Shown here: positions 1-5,698 of the stretch, piece after piece
How positions within the stretch are numbered: position 1 is the stretch's first letter
Layout: each line of letters starts with the position of its first letter
NCBI GenBank assembly: GCA_964549075.1
Contig: CAZJUB010000093.1
Coordinates: 1 to 10,232, forward strand
Direction of reading: 5' to 3'
Length of the DNA stretch: 10,232 bases
Source: an uncultured archaeon
GTDB lineage: Archaea > Asgardarchaeota > Heimdallarchaeia > Heimdallarchaeales > Heimdallarchaeaceae
Notes under the pieces: generated by a model
Seen by the model: only the letters and a program-made list of their open reading frames with translations
Database searches by the model: none
Told to the model about the DNA's origin: nothing
Program-made: the position numbers and the translations under genes

Positions 1-782
1 TTCTTTGGAGTTAATTGCTGTTTTTCTTGTGTTTTTAGTTCATATTCTTCTGTAATATCATTAGATACGAAAACTATATTCAAGACAATTCCAATAATTA
101 CTATTCCAGGAACCATTAAATCAAAAACTGAGGTGTTTCCAACGATACCAATAAAGTGTTCTACAATTATACTCCTACCTGTATTAGCTCCAAGACCTGA
201 TCTAGCTGCATCTACAAATTCATTATAAACAGTTGTAAAAGTTGATACTGCACTTTGATAAACTCCAGTAGCTGGGTCTCCTATTACTGTTATCTTAACA
301 TCACTATCAAAATTAAAGATAACTTCACTGAAATTTTGAGGAATAATCAGTGTAAGATGAAGACCATGGTCTTCATATATTAAGAAATCTTCCACAGATT
401 GATTGTATTCTTCTGCTTCATATACTTTAAAAATATTTATTGGTTCTTCTCCGTTTTCAATAGGATAAGTTAAGTTTTCTAATGTGCTAACCAGTAAATT
501 TCCAAACTCATAAGTTGTTGTAGCATTTGTAAAGCCTATATCTTCGTTTATTATGAGAACATTATAAGATTCAATAGTGGATGTTGGTCCTCCAAATATT
601 ACACCCATAAAAATCATCATTACAGCTGGAAGCAAAACTGCCATAATTATAAATAATTTTGATCTATATATCTCCTTGATAAATTTCAAACCAATCTTAT
701 AAGTTGTTCTTAATTGAAAACCAAGATTCTTTGCTATAGAAACAAATTTGCTTTGATCTTCATTTTTACCTTCCATTTTCAT
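1..782 (-). CDS. ABC-2 type exporter permease, 3'-truncated by the window edge
   Basis: Not in the ORF track. Translated by hand, the frame is open for 260 codons from ATG 782 (alternative ATG 776), and the start overlaps the ATPase stop (TGATG). Sequence: MKMEGKNEDQ...KEIYRSKLFIIMAVLLPAVMMIFMGVIFGG (TM1), a ~155-aa extracellular loop containing NVLIINED and LIIPQNFS, then VFDLMVPGIVIIGIVLNIVFVS (TM2) and ITEEYELKTQEKQQLTP, which resembles the ABC-2 E-E-x-GT-x-x-R-x-x-x-TP motif. Confidence 0.9.
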   Translation of the reverse strand, partial: MKMEGKNEDQSKFVSIAKNLGFQLRTTYKIGLKFIKEIYRSKLFIIMAVLLPAVMMIFMGVIFGGPTSTIESYNVLIINEDIGFTNATTTYEFGNLLVSTLENLTYPIENGEEPINIFKVYEAEEYNQSVEDFLIYEDHGLHLTLIIPQNFSEVIFNFDSDVKITVIGDPATGVYQSAVSTFTTVYNEFVDAARSGLGANTGRSIIVEHFIGIVGNTSVFDLMVPGIVIIGIVLNIVFVSNDITEEYELKTQEKQQLTPK

Positions 783-1735
783 CACACCCTTAGCTCCTTT
801 CCTGTAAGACTTATGAAAACAGTTTCAAGAGATTGTTTTGTAAGCTTAACATCTTGAACAATAAATCCTTCTTTTTCTATTGTATTTAGAATTTCAGGGA
901 TTTTTGATATAGCGTTCAAAGTCTTAATTATCAAATTATTGTCTTTCTTTTCGACAGCTAAATCCTTTGCAGATTTTGTGACTTTGGCAACTAGTTCATC
1001 AGTAAATTCCTTATCTATTTCTAGTTCAAGAATATCTCCTTTACCATGAGTATTCTTAAGATTTTCAGGGGTATCTATAGCAAGCATTTTACCCAAATCT
1101 AATATCCCAACTCTGTCAGAAAGAGCATCTACAATTTCCATCAAATGGCTGGTAATGATGATTGTTTTATGCTCCTTAGAAGCGAAATCTCTCAAATAAT
1201 CGTATAAATAATTTCTTGTTTGTGGATCCAAACCTACAAAGACTTCATCCAGTAGCAGAATTTGAGGATCATGTACCATCCCCATAGCTAAATTCAGTCT
1301 TCTCTTCATTCCTCCAGATAATTTTGATGCTAATTTTTTCTTATATTCTGTTAAATATAATCCTTCCAACAAATGATTGATTCTTTCTTTTAATTCTTTG
1401 TTAGGAATATTATATGTAGTTCCTATCACGTTGAGATTTTCATAAACTGTAAGATTTTTCCAAAAAGCTGTTTCTTGAGGAACATAGCCAATAATGTGTT
1501 TGAGATGTGAAGAATTGACATTAAGTTCCTCCCCGTTGTACAAAATATGACCAGAAGTAGATTTGAGTAAACCCACAAGCATTCTAATCAGTGTGGTTTT
1601 TCCAGCTCCATTGGGACCTAAAAGCCCAAAAATTTCTCCTTTGAAAATATCTAAGTCCAACGAATCTACAGCTTTTACGTTGTTAGAACTATATATTTTA
1701 GTTAAATCTTGTACACTAATTGCTGTCTCCGTCAT
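782..1735 (-). CDS. ABC transporter ATP-binding protein (DrrA/CcmA-like exporter ATPase)
   Basis: Walker A GPNGAGKTT, Q-loop GYVPQE, signature LSGGMKRR, Walker B LLLDE, H-loop TSH, and the C-terminal SLETVFISLTG typical of DrrA-type exporters. Confidence 0.96.
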   Translation of the reverse strand: MTETAISVQDLTKIYSSNNVKAVDSLDLDIFKGEIFGLLGPNGAGKTTLIRMLVGLLKSTSGHILYNGEELNVNSSHLKHIIGYVPQETAFWKNLTVYENLNVIGTTYNIPNKELKERINHLLEGLYLTEYKKKLASKLSGGMKRRLNLAMGMVHDPQILLLDEVFVGLDPQTRNYLYDYLRDFASKEHKTIIITSHLMEIVDALSDRVGILDLGKMLAIDTPENLKNTHGKGDILELEIDKEFTDELVAKVTKSAKDLAVEKKDNNLIIKTLNAISKIPEILNTIEKEGFIVQDVKLTKQSLETVFISLTGKELRV

Positions 1736-1757
1736 AAACTATTAAAAAAAGGTTCCC

Positions 1758-1772
1758 TTTATAAGTCTTACC
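1758..1772 (-). promoter_or_regulatory. Putative archaeal BRE/TATA promoter of the ABC exporter operon (leaderless or short leader)
   Basis: The minus strand reads GGTAAGAC-TTATAAA. TTATAAA (1764-1758) lies 23-29 nt upstream of ATG 1735, and there is no Shine-Dalgarno motif. Confidence 0.55.
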
Positions 1773-1846
1773 GAGAATAATTTGTTACTTCTTTATTCTT
1801 ATTTTTATTCTCTAAAAGCTTTTGAATCAAAAATGCCTGATAAAAC

Positions 1847-1906
1847 AAAATAAGTACTCATATACTATTCAAACAGCGTCTATAGTATACCCTATGAGTT
1901 TATTTT
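1847..1906. repeat. Extended imperfect inverted repeat (hairpin or cruciform)
   Basis: Three arm pairs: AAAATAA(1847-1853)/TTATTTT(1900-1906), ACTCA(1856-1860)/TGAGT(1895-1899) and TATACTAT(1861-1868)/ATAGTATA(1882-1889), closing a 13-nt loop. Confidence 0.55.
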
Positions 1907-1913
1907 TATTTTT

Positions 1914-1979
1914 TAAAACCTATAATTATCATTATGAATCTATATTTATCAAAGAAAGTCTATATTTATATAGGTTTTA
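1914..1979. repeat. 11-bp perfect inverted repeat enclosing an 11-bp direct repeat
   Basis: TAAAACCTATA(1914-1924) pairs with TATAGGTTTTA(1969-1979). TCTATATTTAT occurs at 1939-1949 and 1959-1969. Confidence 0.65.
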
Positions 1980-2028
1980 TTGCAGATAATGTTATAAGTT
2001 ACTAGGAAAATCCCCTTTTCGTATTTAT

Positions 2029-2262
2029 ATGAATTACATAGTTCAAGATTTCCAAAAAGAGAAACAAAGGGTAAGAAAACTAGCTTTTGTGAATTTGTGT
2101 ATAGTATTAATAAGTATCACAATAACGCTAATATGTTATTTTGCTGATAAGATTAGTTTAACTATACTCTTCGGTGTTATATCAGGATTGACTGCTTTTT
2201 TCCTTCTTATTGTATTAGCGGAAAGGTTAGAGCTCAACAATTTGAAAAACACAGAAGCATAA
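2029..2262 (+). CDS. Small hypothetical membrane protein with two TM helices
   Basis: 77 aa with a basic N-region (KEKQRVRK) and two hydrophobic stretches (LAFVNLCIVLISITITLICYFA; ISLTILFGVISGLTAFFLLIVLA). A TATA-like TTATAA sits at 1992-1997. Confidence 0.7.
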   Translation: MNYIVQDFQKEKQRVRKLAFVNLCIVLISITITLICYFADKISLTILFGVISGLTAFFLLIVLAERLELNNLKNTEA

Positions 2263-2274
2263 GATTAGTCTCAC

Positions 2275-2305
2275 CAAGCACTCTACTATTACACATGAGT
2301 GTTTG
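2275..2305 (+). other. Stem-loop just downstream of the small ORF (possible 3' end or processing structure)
   Basis: CAAGCACTC(2275-2283) pairs with GAGTGTTTG(2297-2305): 9 bp with one G-U pair and a 13-nt loop. Confidence 0.35.
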
Positions 2306-2452
2306 CTTGAATCAAAATTCGATAAAAGTAAGATCACACATTTCATCAAAGGATTTTTTTCTCAATTTTACTAATAAAACAAACATTTAATTATTTCACA
2401 AAACATTTTTAAATTTCTAAAAGAAATTAATTCTTTGATACAATCATCTATC

Positions 2453-2464
2453 TATGTGCACATA
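2453..2464. promoter_or_regulatory. Perfect 12-bp palindrome, candidate operator of the dehydratase/activase operon
   Basis: TATGTGCACATA directly precedes ATG 2465 and ends 18 nt before ATG 2483. Upstream lie AAAGAA-N5-TTCTTT (2420-2436) and a TATA-like TTTTTAAA (2406-2413). Confidence 0.35.
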
Positions 2465-2482
2465 ATGAAATCATCCAATAAT

Positions 2483-3505
2483 ATGGTGAAAATCGGGATC
2501 CCCAGAGCGTTATTATTCTATAAATTCTCTGCTTTATGGATTACTTTCTTTGAAGAATTAGGCGCTGAAATAGTTATCTCTCCCATAACAACAAAGAAAA
2601 TCAAAGATGACGCAGTAAAAAATGCACCTGATGAAGATTGTTACTCTACAAAATTATATTTCGGTCATGTCTTAGCTCTTAAGGATAAAGTAGATTATCT
2701 CTTTGTACCTCGCTTTGGAGGACGTAAGAAAAAGTATGTTGGTTGTCCAAAATTTATCGGTTTAGCAGAAGTTCTAAAATCAATGATTCCTGACTTACCA
2801 CCCATCTTGATGCCACACTATAATCGTGGAATGGATAAAAACACAAGAATAGGGCTTGTTATGAGAGCATACAGGTTGGGACGAGTTGTAACTATTAATC
2901 CTTTTAAAAGAATAAAAGCAATTTGGAGAGCTTTTAAAGCTCTGAGGATTCATAATCGAGAATTGATAATTGACGAAGAAACTCTTTCTAGATGGGAAAA
3001 AAGTGAAATTGTTTTAAACGATTTTCCAATTTATACCCTAAATCAACGAGTTCTTAAAGTAGCTCTGGTGGGACATTCATATGTGTTAAATGATCCTTAT
3101 TCTTCTTTAAACATACGTTCATTGATGCAAGAATATGGTGTTGACATAATAACTTCTGAACAAATGCCACGAAAGTTTATTGAGAATCAGATGGCAAAAC
3201 TTGAGTATGATATCTACTTTGATTTTGAGAGAGAGATATTAGGTACAATAATGCATTTTCTAGAAACTAAAACAATTGACGGAATTATCCATTTGATGAT
3301 TTTCAGTTGCGGACCTGATTCAATTGCGGGAGAAATTGCTTCTAGATTTTCAAAAAGAGATACAGTTATCCCGCTTCTTCAACTTGTCTTTGATGAGTTG
3401 ACAGGAGAAGCAGGTATGAGAACTAGAATTGAAGCTTTCGTTGATATGTTAAGACGAAGTATTGAAGAGCGAGTCGTACTTCTTCCAGCAAAAGTTCATA
3501 TTTAG
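2483..3505 (+). CDS. Acyl-CoA dehydratase activase-related Fe-S protein (DUF2229 / 2-hydroxyacyl-CoA dehydratase-like subunit 1)
   Basis: Motifs KIGIPRALL, FFEELG, EDCYSTKLYFGHV, LFVPR, GCPKFIGL, LVGHSYVLND, FSCGPDS and FDELTGEAGMRTRIEAFVDML, with three motif cysteines. ATG 2483 (MVKIGIPR) fits the family N-terminus better than the TTG 2435 in the ORF track; ATG 2465 is also possible. Confidence 0.88.
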   Translation: MVKIGIPRALLFYKFSALWITFFEELGAEIVISPITTKKIKDDAVKNAPDEDCYSTKLYFGHVLALKDKVDYLFVPRFGGRKKKYVGCPKFIGLAEVLKSMIPDLPPILMPHYNRGMDKNTRIGLVMRAYRLGRVVTINPFKRIKAIWRAFKALRIHNRELIIDEETLSRWEKSEIVLNDFPIYTLNQRVLKVALVGHSYVLNDPYSSLNIRSLMQEYGVDIITSEQMPRKFIENQMAKLEYDIYFDFEREILGTIMHFLETKTIDGIIHLMIFSCGPDSIAGEIASRFSKRDTVIPLLQLVFDELTGEAGMRTRIEAFVDMLRRSIEERVVLLPAKVHI

Positions 3506-3509
3506 GAGG
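3504..3509 (+). promoter_or_regulatory. Shine-Dalgarno motif for the 3519 gene
   Basis: AGGAGG overlaps the upstream TAG and ends 9 nt before ATG 3519. Confidence 0.7.
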
Positions 3510-3518
3510 AATGAATAA

Positions 3519-4610
3519 ATGCCATTATCTTTCCCTTATGTTGGAACTTTTACCTATGTATTTGAATCAATAGCTAGAGGTATGAGAAGAGATGATGTAA
3601 TCGTCCCTCATGAACCAACGGCTAAAACAAAACAACGTGGATCTAGTGCGTCTTCTGAGTTCGTTTGCACTCCATTTAAGATGCTTCTTGGTTCTATCAT
3701 TGAAGTTATTGAAAGAGGAGCTTATGAAATCGTTGCTACAGTATTTGTTGATTATTGTAGGTTAGGTTATTACTCGCCTTTATACAAGATTATCTTAGAA
3801 GATATGGGATATGAATTTGACCTTATCAATTTAGATTGGTTTGATAAAGTGGATTTTTTTAGAAGTTTTAAAAAACTTGCATGCAATGTTAATGCTATTC
3901 AAGCATTTCAGGCTTTTAGAGTTGGGTGGATAAAGAATAGATATATCGATCTTATAGATAAACTTCTTTACAGTTATGGAGCAGTCGAAATAACGAAGGG
4001 TACCTCTTACAAAACTGCACACAAGCTGTATAGACAAGTAGTAGAAACAGATGGGATGAAAAACATCAGACAATTACCTTTCATTATAAATAAGACCTTT
4101 GAAGATGAAGTAGAAATTGACGAAGAGTTAAAACCGTTGAAGGTGGGAATTGTCGGTGAATTATATGCTGTTGTAGAACCTGCTATTAACTTAGATATTA
4201 TGCGGAGATTAAATGATCTTGGTGTTGTTTCGTACACACCCATTACATTCACACGATGGATAGACTTAGGACAACGAATGAATCCGTTCAAAAAATGGCA
4301 CTATAAAGCTTGTATCAGAAGTGCTAAACCTTATGTAAGATATCCACTAGGTGGAAAAACCAGAGAATCTTTAGGTAGTGTTGTAGAATTTAAAAAAGAA
4401 GGTTGGGATGGTGTCATACATTTGTATCCTTTTACTTGTATGCCTGAAATTATCTCTAGAAGTATACTTCCTCAAGTGAGTAAGGAACACAATATGCCTG
4501 TTCTATCTCTAGTTCTAGACGAACATACTGGAGAAGCAGGTATTCAAACTCGTTTAGAGGCTTTTATAGATCTTTTAGAACGAAAAAGAACAGATGGTGG
4601 TGAAAAATAA
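3519..4610 (+). CDS. 2-hydroxyacyl-CoA dehydratase/reductase-like Fe-S subunit 2 (COG3581-like, 'CoA protein activase')
   Basis: Motifs EFVCTPFKMLLG, CRLGYY, VGIVGELYAVVEPAINLDI, GVIHLYPFTCMPE and LDEHTGEAGIQTRLEAFIDLL. The C-terminus is paralogous to that of the upstream gene. Confidence 0.88.
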   Translation: MPLSFPYVGTFTYVFESIARGMRRDDVIVPHEPTAKTKQRGSSASSEFVCTPFKMLLGSIIEVIERGAYEIVATVFVDYCRLGYYSPLYKIILEDMGYEFDLINLDWFDKVDFFRSFKKLACNVNAIQAFQAFRVGWIKNRYIDLIDKLLYSYGAVEITKGTSYKTAHKLYRQVVETDGMKNIRQLPFIINKTFEDEVEIDEELKPLKVGIVGELYAVVEPAINLDIMRRLNDLGVVSYTPITFTRWIDLGQRMNPFKKWHYKACIRSAKPYVRYPLGGKTRESLGSVVEFKKEGWDGVIHLYPFTCMPEIISRSILPQVSKEHNMPVLSLVLDEHTGEAGIQTRLEAFIDLLERKRTDGGEK

Positions 4611-4620
4611 ATGATAGAGG

Positions 4621-5601
4621 ATGAAAATGACATTAAGTAAAGGAAGATTCTATTTAGGAGTTGATGTAGGTTCTATTAGTACTAATTTAGCAGTGATAAA
4701 TGATTCAAAAGAACTTATCGAATCTGTTTATATACGAACTGAAGGGAGACCAGTAAAATCTGTCCAAAGAGGAATGAGGATTTTAAGAGACAAAATTGGT
4801 CAAGACTTATTAATATCTGGTGCTGGTGCTACAGGTAGTGCAAGAAAATTAACTGGAGTCATAATAGGAGCAGATGTAGTAAAGAATGAAATTACAGCAC
4901 ACGCATTAGCTGCACTACATTATAATCCTCATGTTCAGACTGTGATTGAAATTGGTGGTCAAGATAGTAAAATCATTATTATTAGAAATGGAATTGTGAT
5001 TGATTTTGCTATGAACACAGTTTGTGCTGCAGGAACAGGATCCTTTCTTGATATGCAAGCAAATCGATTAGAAATCCCTATTGAAGATTTTGGAGACTTA
5101 GCTCTTCAATCTGATACTGCAGTTTCAATTGCTGGAAGATGTACTGTTTTTGCTGAGAGTGATATGATCCACAAACAACAGCTAGGTCACCCCACTAAAG
5201 ATATTATCAAAGGTTTATGTGAAGCATTAGCTCGAAATTATCTAAGTAATGTAGGAAAAGGGAAGGATATTAAATCCCCAATCATGTTTCAAGGAGGTGT
5301 CGCAGCAAATGTAGGTATGAGAAAAGCTTTTAAAAAGTATCTAGAGCAAGAGATTATCGTACCTGAGAATTTTGCAGTAATGGGAGCTATTGGTTCAGCA
5401 ATACTTGCTCAAGAAGACTTTCTAAAAAATCCAAAGCCTTCAAACTTCCAGAGTTGGGATATATCAAAGATGAGTTTTAAAACATCTGGTTTTGAATGTG
5501 ATGGGTGTTCGAATATATGTGAAATTGTGGAGATATATAGAGAAGAACAACTGATTGCTCGATGGGGAAGTAGATGTAGAAAGTGGGATGTAATAAGCTA
5601 G
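4621..5601 (+). CDS. Acyl-CoA dehydratase activase ([4Fe-4S] ASKHA ATPase, BadF/BadG/BcrA/BcrD/HgdC family) with a C-terminal Cys-rich extension
   Basis: Motifs LGVDVGSISTN, ATGSAR, EITAHA, IEIGGQDSK, MNTVCAAGTGSFL, RCTVFAESD, FQGGVAAN and GAIGSA, plus the tail FECDGCSNICEI...GSRCRKW. The start may be ATG 4627, which has GAGG 6 nt upstream. Confidence 0.95.
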   Translation: MKMTLSKGRFYLGVDVGSISTNLAVINDSKELIESVYIRTEGRPVKSVQRGMRILRDKIGQDLLISGAGATGSARKLTGVIIGADVVKNEITAHALAALHYNPHVQTVIEIGGQDSKIIIIRNGIVIDFAMNTVCAAGTGSFLDMQANRLEIPIEDFGDLALQSDTAVSIAGRCTVFAESDMIHKQQLGHPTKDIIKGLCEALARNYLSNVGKGKDIKSPIMFQGGVAANVGMRKAFKKYLEQEIIVPENFAVMGAIGSAILAQEDFLKNPKPSNFQSWDISKMSFKTSGFECDGCSNICEIVEIYREEQLIARWGSRCRKWDVIS

Positions 5602-5620
5602 AGTTGCTTATGACGCAACT
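5602..5620 (+). terminator. Possible 3' hairpin after the activase gene
   Basis: AGTTGC-TTATGAC-GCAACT immediately follows the stop codon. A T7 tract lies further on at 5665-5671. Confidence 0.3.
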
Positions 5621-5668
5621 AATTAGAAAAAGATCATGAGTAGTTTAACTCTCTAAGAGAATTATTTT

Positions 5669-5676
5669 TTTATATA
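5669..5676 (+). promoter_or_regulatory. Putative TATA box of the aSelBL-like gene (leaderless)
   Basis: TTTATATA lies 23-30 nt upstream of ATG 5699, with no SD motif. Confidence 0.6.
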
Positions 5677-5698
5677 GTACTTTTTTCTTGCATTTAGA

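Noticed and set aside
1563-1745. 60-aa + strand ORF
   Set aside because: Antisense shadow of the conserved ABC ATPase N-terminus, with a TTG start and no recognisable motifs.
1861-1980. CRISPR array or replication origin
   Set aside because: There are no identical repeats with unique spacers, no cas or orc1/cdc6 gene, and no G-string ORB motif.
2295-2333. ATGA-N11-AA-N20-GA spacing resembling a eukaryote-type SECIS, tempting given the SelB-like gene
   Set aside because: The flanking helices pair poorly, the upstream ORF ends in TAA, and no nearby ORF has an in-frame TGA with a plausible extension.
3831-4291. Two minus-strand ORFs (80 and 94 aa)
   Set aside because: Both lie entirely antisense to the conserved dehydratase-like gene and have no protein-like features.
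3402-4565. Near-identical GGAGAAGCAGGTAT stretches near 3404 and 4529
   Set aside because: Explained by the shared protein motif TGEAG in the two paralogous subunits, so it is not an independent DNA repeat.
4596-4640. GGTGGTGA SD-like motif before ATG 4611 (MIEDENDIK*), suggesting a frameshifted activase start
   Set aside because: It encodes only 9 aa, and the activase has its own in-frame ATGs (4621, 4627) ahead of an intact first motif.
2483-5601. Assigning hgdABC, bcr or plsA gene symbols
   Set aside because: Family membership is clear, but orthology and substrate cannot be established without a phylogeny.
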